Assembly: GCF_006345805.1 (NCBI RefSeq)
Contig: NC_043013.1
Coordinates: 38,440,001 to 38,504,000, forward strand
DNA length: 64,000 nt
Reading direction: 5' to 3'
Origin: Octopus sinensis
Taxonomy: Eukaryota
The position numbers were made by a program, and so were the translations under genes. Of this stretch, positions 1 to 13,860 are shown in pieces. The notes beneath the pieces were generated by a model, which was given only the letters and a program-made list of their open reading frames with translations, was not told where the DNA came from and made no database searches. How positions within the stretch are numbered: position 1 is the first letter of the stretch; each line of letters opens with the position of its first letter.

Positions 1-656
1 TCACAGACACATATATGATATCTGGTACCTTGCGTTGAACAACAAATAGTATTTACTGTAAAAGCAAGGCATTTAAAGTAAAAACACTTTATGTAAATAT
101 TCTTCACATTGGCAAGGGAACATCTGCCGTAGGAGATATTGACAGATTTTTAAATAAATATAGTCGACCATGTGTATTTGGTGCCAAAAGAATAATAGAA
201 TCAAGGTAGAATGGCGTTTTAGAAATAGCAGCTTTCGGTTACATGGAATTGGTAAGATGTTCTGCGAATAGCAAATGTGCGATCTGCATAAAGTTAGTAT
301 GTTGTTTTGTAACAATATGAGAAAATCTGCGGCGTGTTAATTACGAATTGGAAATAGGACATTTTATACAATTTCACAACAAATAAGGAAGAAAAATGAC
401 ATGCGCAAATGATCACTAAAGCGCATGCGCACATTTCTCTCACTCTCTCACTCTCTCTCCACATACACACATGCAGACACATGTGAAACTATAAGTTTAC
501 TCTATATTTTGAATCTTGAGTGGAGCTGCAGTTGTATTTACACCTACATCGCGTAATGAATACGAACAATGCATTTTTAATACTTCGACTAACGCGTATA
601 TGTCGAATATTTTATCGAATATTTTGTATTGAAATACTCGATGTTCAGATAGTTTA

Positions 657-657
<1 letters not shown>

Positions 658-693
<36 letters not shown>
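658..693 (+). repeat. (ACT)12 microsatellite
   Basis: Direct reading. Confidence 0.95.
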
Positions 694-1439
694 GCTAACA
701 ATAATATTGTCCTTTCCTTCGTCACGCGGAAGAGAGGAAACAGAGACAACTGATGAAGGGAAAAGTTCTTTATGTTGCATGTTTGTTTTTTTCGTTGGTC
801 GAAAAAAAAGTTCGTTTTCTATGTTTTTACGCTTATGTTTTCGTCTCCCATAGTGTTCAACGTTTTTTGATGTCCTGTACCCATATATGCATGTATATAT
901 ACATACCTATGTAGGTCTGTACATATATATGAGTACAGGACACCACAAATAAACGTAGAACTCAACGAGAAACGAAAACATAAAAACAAACTAGGAAACG
1001 GACTTTTTTTAACAACGAAAAACAGAGTACAAGTCAAACAATACAAGGAATATTCCTCTTCATCAGCTGTCCCTGGTTCGACTCAATGCGTGTTTCGAAG
1101 GTATATTTAATATATATGAAGTTATTATAATAATCTCATCTGCTTAGCATGCCGGTACAGCATATTAATACCCTTAATTATTGATATATATATATATATG
1201 ATCACCACTACTTTCGTATCTCCTTTCTTCCAGGCTCTCCTGTGACCCTTATGTCAGGCATTCGCCATGATATATCGCTAGCCACCTTGCATTACTTATT
1301 TTCTCTCCTTGTTTCTTTCTGTGTTCCTTTCTGTGGAAGAGCGTTAGCTCAAAATGTTAGACTTTTTCACTTCTCGAGTGTTATACTAATACATCCTTTT
1401 GTTGTCTTCGTCGTGTTTTCTTTTTTTTTGGTGAATTCT

Positions 1440-1505
<66 letters not shown>

Positions 1506-1795
1506 CGTATATCAATATTTAAGGGTACTATATATATATATATATATACATTCTGTGATTACAACACGTAATACACATATTTAAACACTTTATTTACATA
1601 AAATGATGCGTTTTATATTTAAAATTGATCCAATTTACATGAGGCTTTACTAATAACGAGTTTATGGAGTGTTGAAGGTGTTCAGGCAAAGTCGGCCGTT
1701 ATCCATGTAAATCCAGAAATCGAGTAGAATTTACTTTGTTAACTTTATGTACACTGTTTGGTACGTTCTGGTCTGTAATATTATATAAAAGCTAT

Positions 1796-2000
1796 AAGGC
1801 GGTGTGCTAGCAGAATATTTAACCGAGCTATATGCCTAGCGACATTCGTCTGTATTTACGTTCTCAGTTCAAATTCAGTCGACATCGACTATAACGTTCA
1901 TCCTTTTGGCGTCGACGAAATAAGTACCAGTTGAGTCCTGGGGTCGATGTAATAGATTTAACCCCCTCCTTGCAATTACTGGCTTTGTGCCAAAAGTTTA
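1796..2000 (+). mobile_element. SINE family B, monomeric, diverged
   Basis: AAGGCGGTGTGCTAGCAGAA head, GTTCAAATTC box, core TTCATCCTTTTGGCGTCGACGAAATAAGTACCAG and tail GGCTTTGTGCCAAAA. Confidence 0.75.
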
Positions 2001-2701
2001 TACCCATTATATAAAAGCTGGCTCATTCAGTATCTCAGAATGAATTGGAATAGGTATAATAAGTAAATAGTGTTGCCAAATGATCGACTATTACCTCATC
2101 GGGCTATCAGGCTTATAAAACGTTTAGGTTGTGATTAGTTCAGAATTCAGATGTTTACCATTTAGTCACTGAAAACGGACATTGTTCACGAGCTATTATA
2201 TTTTATAGGGACCGAGACAGGGGGAAGCAGTAAAGACGATTTTCTTAAAACATAATCAAAGTCTGAATAATTTGTAACACAATGCAAAAAATAAAAGAAA
2301 ATCCTATAAATGAAATTAACAAGGAGAGATGTTAAATCGAATAGCAGATTAAGAAGGTAACAGGTAACTTAGAATGGAGAGGGCTTTAATAAAAAAAACA
2401 AAAAAACACTGCAAACCATCTCGGTTAAAGTTCTAGGAATTCCACCTATTCACTGGGCCTAATTGCGAAGTAGACTTCAGTGGAATTTGAACCTGCAACG
2501 GAGCAAACAGGAACCACTAACACAAAATAGATTGCTCTGCACTCTAACGATTCTACCCAATCACCGCCAAAGCTATTGCAGCACGGACCAAACATTTAAC
2601 AGCTAATTAGGTATGCATGTGTATTTATAGTTTATAATATCTATAAACATATCTGTTGATATGCGTATGTCTTGATGTATATACATCCAGGGATCATATA
2701 T

Positions 2702-2787
<86 letters not shown>

Positions 2788-3889
2788 TGTGTGTGTGGTG
2801 TGTGTGTGTGTGTGTGAGTGTTTGTGTACGTTTGGGTGTGTGTGCATCTATATGTGTGTATGTATTTAAGAAGCAAACTTCATAACCAGATTACAATGTC
2901 TAAGAAAGCAAGGCATTAAATTGCCATAATATGATAAAATTTTTATAACAGGCATTCAACGATCATTTCCTTTTCCAAATAACACAAGATTCTCCGCCAG
3001 TTTGAGCTCGATCGATATTTTCATAATTATATTTATATTCATGAGATTGATAAATTGATTATCGTGATAAACCATATTTTTTTTTTATTTGTTTCTTTTT
3101 TTCCTGCTCTTCCATATGCTGTTCTCCTCTTAAGTTGTTCAGATTTAGATTGTAGAGTTTTCGAATCTGGCGTTGCATTGATATGAATGCAAAACCGAAG
3201 AGAATGGAGATATAATTTAGATTATATATTACGAAAAAGTGCCCTTGGGAACACTTGAGCTAACATTTTGAATTTTGGGAAACATCTCGATTTAAACAAC
3301 GCTGTTGTCAAGAAATTGGATAAGCAACTGTTCAACGTTTGCTGTATTCCAAAGGCTGATGTATGAAATATTATTTTACAATTGCCACTGTGGAAAAATT
3401 TTCAGATTGTGAAGGAAATAAAATAACCTTATTTCTTACTAATGCTTTCTTCTATAGCAGTGTGTAAGAGGTCTCTAATCGACAATAATTTTACATGCTT
3501 TGTTACAATGTTTATCACCAAGCAAGTAATAATTCGTACGTAAAGCAGTGTTTATAGAATGCCTTGCAGGTGAAACATTTTTGAGATGTCCTTATTAGTT
3601 TCTTTTTTAATGATGTGATACGGATAAGATTAGAAGATATACAATGTGCAATCTATCAGTGTAAAGAGCAGTGGACGAGAGGTTTAACAACGTATCTTGG
3701 TTGAATACTCATAGAAGTACTGATATAAAAATATAATAAATATCTTGCAGGCATGACTGGGGTTACTAGAATCACGGAGTTTCTAATGCAACTGAATGAC
3801 ACAGAAAACTAATACAGACAAAAGCACTATATATATTATACCTGGCATATTGCATATTTGATTGTAAGTATTTACAAAATACTCGTTTA

Positions 3890-4094
3890 CACACACTCAA
3901 ACACACACATTCACATACACACACATGCACACATACCTACATGAACGTATATATATATATAGATATACACACAAATACTCACATATAACTTTAATGCTAT
4001 GGTCTCCAAAAATGTCGTCAAATGTATACCGAACACGCAGTATGCGTATCTATCTGTCTATCTATCTATCTATCTATCTATCTCTCTTTATATA

Positions 4095-4155
<61 letters not shown>

Positions 4156-4489
4156 CATATATATATACATATATATATACACATATATATACATATATAT
4201 ATATACACATATATATATATATATTATATATATATATACTATATATATATATATAATATATATATATATAATATATATATTGTGACCGCATGTGTAACAT
4301 TGGCGATTTTTTTCTTTTCCGTCTTCCCTTCTTTAGATCTTTCCTTTTCCTATGTTTCTGACGAAGACCTCCGCTCGAAATATTAAACCCTCCTTCTTTC
4401 CTTCTTTCCTGAGCGTCCAATAATAGTATACTTGTTCCACGTCCCCGCGTTGTTGTGTTTTCTCTTTGTGTTTTCATGTTTGGATGAAC

Positions 4490-4556
<67 letters not shown>

Positions 4557-4685
4557 TATATAATATATATATATATTATATATATATTCCTACATACCGA
4601 GTGTATATATATATATATATAATATATATATATATGTGTGTGTGTGTGTGTATGTGTGTGTATGTGTGTGTGTGTGCGTGTGTGT
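3890..4685. repeat. Compound (CA)/(TATC)/(TA)/(TG) microsatellite region
   Basis: Direct reading; explains the IY/YI-repeat ORFs. Confidence 0.9.
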
Positions 4686-4919
4686 ACACCGTGTTCGGGA
4701 TAAATTTGAGTACATTAAGGTTTTGTGCTAGACATGGACGGTTGGAATCCATCTAAATATTGTCTGTATCATGGTGATTCGCTCCGGGTATCAAAATGAT
4801 GATGTCATGACTGCTTACCAAAGTCCAACCTACATTGTAATGGCAGGTATTATGTGACATGAACAGTTGCAACTGACACTACGAACACGTGGCCAACAAA
4901 AACGGGCTATGTTTACATC

Positions 4920-5300
4920 CCGATGTTAATTCCCACATATTGAACAGGGTCATAGTCTCAATTGAGACGGCGATTTGATGCTTTTGGAGACTGTGGTCAA
5001 AGTCTGCACGGAGAGAGTTGCTGCTGGAAGGTTATATTTGTGGAATCGGCTCATTGCCATACTTTCTGAAAGTGTGAGAACTGGTCGTCGGAAAATTCGA
5101 AAGACTTCACCATCCTCAGTATTTTGCCTCATAATTCCTCTCGATTAGTATGTTTGGGCGTGGTGCATAAATCACCAACGCCTCTGCGTATAAGACGAAG
5201 ACTGAGATGGTGGCTAATATCAGAGATATGTTCGATGATCTTTCCAGGGACACGGCAAGGAATGCATGCACTAGTTTCCAGAACCCACTTGAAACTACTT
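4920..5300 (+). mobile_element. IS630-Tc1-mariner transposase relic, maT/DD37D-like
   Basis: Frameshifted peptides LLETVVKVCTERVAAGR, ESAHCHT..NWSSEN and TKTEMVANIRDMFDDLSRDTARNACTSF resemble the C-terminal half of maT-type transposases as I recall them. The third catalytic residue region is deleted, so the subfamily is inferred. Confidence 0.6.
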
Positions 5301-5372
5301 TGTGTAAACTGTTATCACCCAACCGCAATCTAGTTAAAATTTTTCGATTTTTTAAATATTTTCATTTTGAGA

Positions 5373-5437
<65 letters not shown>

Positions 5438-5663
5438 CTCTATATATGTAGATAGATTAGTTACCGCATTATATATATATATATATATACACGCACACAC
5501 ACACACACATACATGTATGTATCTGTATGTGTGTAAATATATACATTTGTACAAGCATACATCTCTAAGTAATTATGACAACATGTATATTGGATGAATC
5601 TTTGGAATATTTAAATCGAGATGCAAGAACCATCTTTCAAATTTTAGACAACGTGAGATAATA

Positions 5664-5820
5664 CATACAGCAATACTCTCACCTTTAATCTAGAAGCTGA
5701 AAGACGTAGGGATTAACTACAACATCAACTAAAAACTCATTTCCAAATCAGAACCCAAAACTAAAGTTTCCACAAAATGTTTGCTATATTCTCTCGAGAA
5801 ACAAAATCTTCTAAACAACT
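5664..5820 (+). mobile_element. Penelope-like element relic (end of GIY-YIG region)
   Basis: One frame reads HTAILSPLI*KLKDVGINYNIN*KLISKSEPKTKVSTKCLLYSLEK. The stops fall where Penelope-like endonuclease C-termini have Trp (IWKLKD..Y.I.WKI...KC.LC..EK). Confidence 0.55.
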
Positions 5821-6079
5821 TAAGAGCTGGAGCCTGGTCGATATCATTGACATTAGTACTATACTAGTACTTTTTTATAGATTTCAGGGGAACTAACAGT
5901 AAACTTAGCTACAGTACAATTTGGAAACAAAAAGTAATGATTCGTAACGAAAGACAACAAAGGATTTGACAACCAGCAATTTAGTAATTCTCAATTATAC
6001 AAACTCCAAGCTCCATGGTCAGAAACTATGAGAATGGCTGAGTTGGGAGGGAAACACTTCAACCTTGTAATTGAGTTAT

Positions 6080-6280
6080 AAGGCAGAAATGCTTACAGTG
6101 GCGGAAAAAGTCTTCTGTGGCATTTCTTCAGATTTTACGGTCTGAATTCAAATACGGTCTGGTAGACTTTGACTTTCATCCTTTCAGCGTTCAAAGAATA
6201 AGTACCAGTTAAGCGTCGACGTAAATGACTTGTACCCTCTCCCCCAATTGCTGGCCTTGCGCCAAAATTTGAAACGAATT
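6080..6280 (+). mobile_element. SINE family B, monomeric, diverged
   Basis: Core GACTTTGACTTTCATCCTTTCAGCGTTCAAAGAATAAGTACCAG and tail GCTGGCCTTGCGCCAAAATTTGAAAC. Confidence 0.7.
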
Positions 6281-6795
6281 ATTTTTATCAGTCTAGAAAG
6301 GCTCAAGGACCATCTTGATTTCGGCGGTGTAAGATCTGAGAACATAGAGGGTTAGATTGAAAATATGAAAGTATTCTATCTCATTACTCTCTAAATTGTG
6401 CACCTGAGATTTAATCTTAATACAAACTGAATATTCAAAGTCATTTTTGAACACGAATTGTCTCTATGGTCGATATATTACTATTGTTGGTGTCTGTGTT
6501 TCACTTATCATGAATGATGCTACAAGAACTAAACAATTTGATGTGTATTTTTTCCAGAAAAGATGTGTATATTTAACAGTCAGATAATTATCTTTTCATT
6601 TCAATTGTATAGGAAATGAATATATATATATATAATAATATATGTATGTATATATGAAACGTATAAGTATATATATATATATTAATATATATATTTAATA
6701 TATATATATATATATAATCTATGTATACATATATATCAGTAGATCTACATATGTATTTATATACATAAGTTATTCTCTCTGTCTATCTCTGTCAG

Positions 6796-6827
<32 letters not shown>

Positions 6828-6926
6828 ATACACACATGCATACGCACACACACACATATAGACATACATATAGATATGCATCTATATATGTGTGTGTATA
6901 TATATACATATACATACATACATACA

Positions 6927-6962
<36 letters not shown>

Positions 6963-7645
6963 TGCTTAGAGAGTTTCTTTCTGTGTATTTTCTCCTTCTT
7001 TTTAGCATTTTATTTTTTTTTCTGCCAAGATACATTTACACGAGGTAGCACCGAGAAACGTATATGATATTAGTAGAAGATTAGGTGTGATTTACCCTCA
7101 TTAATATATCATCAAACCCTATAATTAATGACTAGATTCAACGAGAAGCACATTGAAGATGCAGAAGAACAATCCGACTGAAGTGTAATGACAAAATGAT
7201 AGCTTCTTAATTTAATATCCCAACTCATTTGTAATTATATATAGAACAGAGACCTTTTCTTTGTAGACATAAAGATTAGAATATACAATATATATATGTG
7301 TGCGTGTGTGCGTGTGTGTGTTTGTGTGTGTGCGTGTGTGAGCGTGCATGCGTGTACATTTCGTCTGTGTGTATGTCTAAGTGTGTATGTCTAAGTGTGT
7401 GTGTGTGTGTGTATTTGGATGTATATATAAATGTATGCTTGTATATATTTCGGTGTGCTTCTATATATGTGTTTTTTTTTTTTATACATATACCTATATT
7501 CAGAATAGGCAGTCGCAAGTACACATTTATGTGTGTATGTGGGTGTGTGTATGTATGTGTGTGTATGTGCGCGCGGAAACAGAAGGAAAAAGCGTGTTGT
7601 ACGCTAGTATTTGTGACAAGCGGACGTCTATATATGTATATATGA

Positions 7646-7697
<52 letters not shown>

Positions 7698-9097
7698 GTA
7701 TGTTTGTATCTATGTATGTATATAAATATATATATATATATATGTACATATGTATGTATGAGTGTAGTCACACGCACACACACAGAAATATACATACATA
7801 CACATACGCACATATATATCTGTATATATGTGTATGCATATGTATATCACACATATATACGCAAATTCTTTTCGATTGAAATATACGTTTAATAAGTAAA
7901 TTGAAACTTAGGAAATAAGATTTGAATTAAACGTAATCACAAATTATATTAAAACTTTCTTTTTTCGGTAGATTACTACCTACATATCATGTAATAATTT
8001 AAATTAACGTGCACAATGGTGGAAATTAATACTTCAAATATTTAATTGATCGCATCATTTTGTTTTCTCTCCGTATATTCAGAAGAAAAAAAAATTAGAC
8101 AGAAAAACGCAGTATCAAAATGGAGAACACACAAAAGAAAGGAACAAAAGAAAAAAACACAAGAAAACCAAATTAAATAATTTTCCTTTAATTTTGTCTT
8201 GTATTACTGATATTCCAGGAGGGAGGAATAATTCTTTCATCATTTGAAGAACGTAATGAAGCTAATTCTTTGTAACTTTCTCGTAGCTTTTAATAAGTAT
8301 TTGTATATTTTTTTTGCTTCATTTTCTTTTTTCAGATACTCGGTAACGATACGTATCTCTCGATCTCTAGAAGACATTGTTTACTTTCAGGTTTAAATCA
8401 TTGTTATGCGGATTAACTATGAATGTATCCGGTGATTAGAAGCCAATAGATACATCACACGTTATCTATCCTTTCCAGAAATGATCGATGGATACCGAAG
8501 TATATATAAATTATAAACTGTCCGAAGAACCTGATATCCACAAACAGTTTTGAAACTTGTCAGCAACATTGAGGCAGTATAGGTAAGAAATTATCAATCA
8601 GATACACAGGTAGACATGCAGAGAGAAAGAAATAAAGATAAACAGCTACACATATTAGGATAGAGTTGAAGCCTTGTTTTAACAATGATATCCGTGATCT
8701 GATGAGCTAGCTTATTTCATCAGCATTCATTTCTGAATATACAATTGTATCGTACAATGCATAACATTTATTTTGGTGGAGATATGCAACATATTTCATT
8801 GTACATTGAAATTATTACTACATGAAGGAGTCTTCAAAACGGCCGTGATCCAAAGGGTAACAAGTAGATAAATGATAATATTTACCTCTCATACCACCTT
8901 ATATTTTATAATTTATATAATTCTTAGGATATAATTTCATGTATTGCATCTCCTGATTTCAGACACATAGAGTTCTGCATTACACTCCTTCATATTGGAT
9001 TACTGACATTGAATTACTACGTCGTAGGATAGCCGGGTTCAGTAGAGGAGACTTGAGTGATAGCCACATGATTCTATGAATCCATATGTTGCAAGAC

Positions 9098-9482
9098 TGC
9101 GGAGGCGCAATGGCCCAGTGGTTAGGGCAGCGGACTCACGCTCATAGGATCGCGGTTTCGATTCCCAGACCGGGCGTTGTGAGTGTTTATTGAACGAAAA
9201 CACCTAAAGCTTCACGATGCTCCGGCAGGGGATGGTGGTGATCCCTGCTGTACTCTTTCACCACAACTTTCTCTCACTCTTACTTCCTGTTTCTGTTGTA
9301 CCTGTATCTCAAGGGGCCGGCCTTGCCACTCTCTGTGTCACGCTGAATATCCCCGAGAACTACGTTAAGGGTACACGTGTCTGTGGATTGCTCAGCCACT
9401 TACACGTTAATTTCAGGAGCAGGCTGTTCCGCTGATTCGGTTCAACCGGAACCCTCGTCGTCGTAACCGACGGAGTGCTTCC
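9098..9482 (+). mobile_element. tRNA-derived SINE, family A, full length with TSD
   Basis: A box TGGCCCAGTGG and B box GGTTTCGATTCCC. The 12-bp TSD ATGTTGCAAGAC occurs at 9086-9097 and 9483-9494. Near-identical to 48402-48765. Confidence 0.92.
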
Positions 9483-9696
9483 ATGTTGCAAGACATTTAA
9501 GGACATCTATATCTAACTGCCTTACACATATACGTATGGACGAATCCAATATAACAAGGTGTTTCTCTTTCTGTTTTCACCAATGACTCGTGCTGGCTTC
9601 TGCCTCTCTTCCTTTCTCTTTTATTGTATTTATGCGCTTATTTATCCATGCAAGTATATTTATGTACATTTTTATCCATGCAAGTGTCTTGCACAC

Positions 9697-9782
<86 letters not shown>

Positions 9783-9815
9783 ATGCTTGTCTGTCTGTGT
9801 ATCTACCTATCTAAC

Positions 9816-9847
<32 letters not shown>

Positions 9848-10290
9848 ATATATATACTATATATATATATATATACCAATTAAGGACTGAACACGAAAAG
9901 TGGACAGTCAACATGCTAGATAGAGACGTCAAATCGCCATTCCACCACAAAAGATATGTTCTCAGATCAAACTCAACACAAAACCATAGCAATAAACAAG
10001 TGAAAAATATACGAAATTCAAATAATTACCCATGTACTAAATTAGTTTCAGCTGTATTTTCCGCAAGGAAAACTGCAGCCATCATCAGCACATGGTCCGT
10101 TATAAATGTAATTTGCTGGACTAGATGCAAACACGATACGAAATATCGCGTGCATGGAGTTCAGCCTATTACGTTGGCGCGTTGGAACCGAGAAAACTAG
10201 CCTGCAGCTAATAATTAGCAGCAGTTAATTTATCGGTTAGAGAACATATTTATTTATATTCAAATTAATTACTTAATTAATTAATTATTT

Positions 10291-10337
<47 letters not shown>

Positions 10338-10686
10338 TAGAGAGAGAGAGAGCGAGAGAGAGAGGAGAGAGAGAGAGAGAGGGAAATGTAACATTCCGGA
10401 TCGCGGTGTAGGAAGAAAGCTTTAAGCAATCTGTTATAATTACAAAAAAAAAACTTTCAGGGAGAATAGGGGTTTATTGAGACAGAAAGTTGTGGATTTT
10501 TTTGTTCTTATCGAAGTACCATAAAGTGAAAAAAGTTATTTTTATATTTGTTGGTAGTCGAACAGAGTTGCTAAATGTGTGAATATACACCTCGCTTGGA
10601 TATTTACCATTTCTGAGGTTCCGATCGCTATGAAACATATGTAGTCCGGATCTTGCCTGCTCCATTCCGTAACTCTTGTATATATA

Positions 10687-11232
10687 CAGGGTTATGCAAG
10701 AACGAACCGATTCTATTACGCAATGTTTTAATGAGGAAAAGCATTAGAAAACTCCAGCTAAGTCACAAGTATTTACTCACTATCAACTTTTATTTCTTGT
10801 CTTATAAGTGTTCAATATGGCCACCACCTGCAACACGCGTAACATCAATGCGATAAGAGAATTCCTCCCAGTCGCGTATCAGCATATTACGATCCATGGA
10901 GTACTTCTTTCGCTGTCTGTTTGAATGCTCTATCGAAGGTTTGCCATTTCCCTTGAATGTCAATATCTTCTGCAATCGCTTCAAGCAAAGCAAATATATT
11001 CTTTAGTTCCATAATGAACTTACTTTTGATATGCCGATACGCGTCTGGGAGGAATTCTCTTATAACATTAATGTTGCTCATGCTGCAGGTGGTAAATATA
11101 TTGAACACTTGTAAGACAGGAAATAAGCGTTAATTGTGAGTAAATACTTGTGACTTAGCTGGAGTTTTCTATTGGTTTTCCTTATTAAAATATTACGTAA
11201 TGGAATCGGTTCATTCTTTTTGAATAACCCTG
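10687..11232. mobile_element. Foldback non-autonomous Tc1/mariner-derived element with about 200-bp inverted arms
   Basis: TA|CAGGGTTAT...ATAACCCTG|TA. Arms 10687-10887 and 11029-11232 are inverted copies; see ORF-track entries 10653..10856(+) and 11078..11329(-), which share RKLQLSHKYLLTIN. Confidence 0.9.
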
Positions 11233-11530
11233 TATATACATATCTGTGTGTATCTGTGTGTGTATGTGCGTATGTGTGCGTGTGTGTGTGTGTGCGTCGT
11301 GCGTGCATGTGTGTGTGTGTGTATCTCAAAGTTGGACGGTTGATGGTACGTTCAGCGAAATAACTTCTCTAAATTAATCTGTGAATATGATAATGCATTG
11401 TCTCATATTGATCATGTCTATTAATGCCATAGAATAAGGACAATTTTTTGCATACTAAAATTAACGCTACCTGAAGAAGTTACGTGGTTAAATAAATATA
11501 CATTCATCTTTCATACCTACCAAGTTTACG

Positions 11531-11594
<64 letters not shown>

Positions 11595-12423
11595 TGTATG
11601 TATGTATGTATGTAGGATGTATGTATGTATGTATGTATGTATGTATGTATATGTGTGTTTGTGTTTGTGTATCTAAGCTAGTTTATGTTTGTATGTATAC
11701 ACATATGTGTAATATATATATGCATATGTGTAATATATATATATATAGTTTTATATATTCTCATATATTTTCATACACCTATAGCTCCGTTTCGAGCGAC
11801 TCTCTACATGCACACATATATGTATATATATATATATATAAACGTCCATTGTGATGTACGCATTCGCAAACATCTCTCTTTACCTATCAAAGCTATCAGC
11901 ATAACTGTATTTTATATCTCGTTTTTTTCTTTAGCGTCCGCTAACATTTTTATACTGCACATTGCAAGTTTATTTCCCAAGTTAACCATAAACATGGCAA
12001 TATCTCTTGCAATCATGTGCATAGAAGTGTCAACTGCACTAGTTATAGGTGCCAAATGTTGGTTCACCCTTGATACGTTTTGTTATGAAGTAGATTTCTA
12101 GAACTTTCCTGTATATACAACGCATCTTGTCTTTCTTTTTAATTCCTTATCATATAGTAATGCAAGTACCACATTCTTATGCCTGATCATATTCACCGAT
12201 ATATATCAAATATATACATATATGTGTGTGTGTATGAGTATGTGTGTGCATGCGTGTGTGAAATTTGTATCTGTTTATCTGTCTATAAATCCACCTATAT
12301 AGTTACATCAATATATGGATTTATCCATACATACATTCACACATTCATATATACATATATACATTTACATACATATAATATATATATTATATATATATAC
12401 ATATAAATATATAAGTGTATGTT

Positions 12424-12463
<40 letters not shown>

Positions 12464-12511
12464 AAATATATATATATATATATATATACATATAAATATT
12501 TAGTGCATGTA

Positions 12512-12543
<32 letters not shown>

Positions 12544-12576
12544 ATTACATATAAATATATAAGTGCATGTATATAT

Positions 12577-12612
<36 letters not shown>

Positions 12613-12799
12613 ATGTATCTATATATATATATATATGTGTGTGTGGTTGGGGTTTGTGTGTATGTTTGTGTATTAGATACATAGATAGATAATAGATACA
12701 CACTGGCCAAAATTTTAATCAGCATCGGTGATATTGTAGTAAAGGATTAACATCAGCTGCATTTAAATGCAATAACTTCTGCAGTGCGAAGCCCCTTCC

Positions 12800-13029
12800 T
12801 CCTCCACCTCCACCTCCACCCCGTCCTCCTCCTCCGCCACCATCACCACCACCAACAGCACTACCACCATAACCATCACCACCGCCGCCGCCGTCACCAC
12901 CACTACCACCACCACCACCACCACCACCAACAACCACCTTCGCTACGACCTCCTTCTACTTCACTCCCTTCATCTACTCCTTTCCTCCTATTGATCCCGT
13001 TATCATTCTGTTATAAATTTTTATTACTG

Positions 13030-13060
<31 letters not shown>

Positions 13061-13120
13061 CATTATTATTATTATTATTATTATCATTATTATTATTATT
13101 ATTATTATCATTATTATTAT

Positions 13121-13183
<63 letters not shown>

Positions 13184-13708
13184 ATATATCGACCTGAAGT
13201 ATCTATATTTCAATAATGATATCACTGATAATATTTTGTAGTTGTCAATGGTGATGATGATGATGTCATTAGTGTTAATACTACCGACATCGTCAACGAC
13301 AATATCCATGTAATCGCTAACGTCATCAATATCTAACTTCGCCCCGCCTCGTCTTCCTACTTCACCACCTCATTATAATCCACATCATGTCGACCATTAG
13401 CACAGGCATCATCATCTTCATTATAATGATCAACATCGCTATAGTGGTCATCATCATAATCATCATCGTCATAATAATCATCATCATCATCATCATCCGA
13501 ATCATCATCCGAATCATCATCATCAACATCATCATCGTCGTCATCGTCGTCGTCGTCATCGTCAATAATTATTATTGTTGTTCTTGTTACTGTTGTTGTT
13601 ATTATTATTATTATTATTATTAATAACAACTATTATTACTGCCTTTATTATTAATATCAATAATAGGATTATTATCGTTGATATTATTACTATTATTAGC
13701 ATTATTAA

Positions 13709-13792
<84 letters not shown>

Positions 13793-13860
13793 GATTGGTG
13801 TTATGATTTTGTTTTTTTTGTTATCGCAGTTGTTATTAACACGATCTTACGACTATTATT
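12800..13860. repeat. Compound trinucleotide block (CCT/CCA, ATT, AGT, CAT, ATT)
   Basis: Direct reading; the homopolymeric ORFs in all frames are artefacts. Confidence 0.9.

Noticed and set aside
164-251. Possible plus-strand exon ending G|GTAAGA (STMCIWCQKNNRIKVEWRFRNSSFRLHGI)
   Set aside because: Good donor but no pyrimidine tract at the acceptor, and the peptide is not recognised.
8310-8400. Strong acceptor TTTTCTTTTTTCAG at 8335 with donors at 8343 or 8391
   Set aside because: The first option gives a 7-nt frame-shifting exon; the second has a weak donor and an unrecognised peptide.
8699-8723. CTGATGA...TCATCAG hairpin
   Set aside because: No GAAA box or stems for a hammerhead; only a 7-bp inverted repeat.
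12719-12937. Gly-rich ORF resembling a glycine-rich protein
   Set aside because: It is the reverse strand of a (CCA/CCT)n tract continuous with other trinucleotide repeats.
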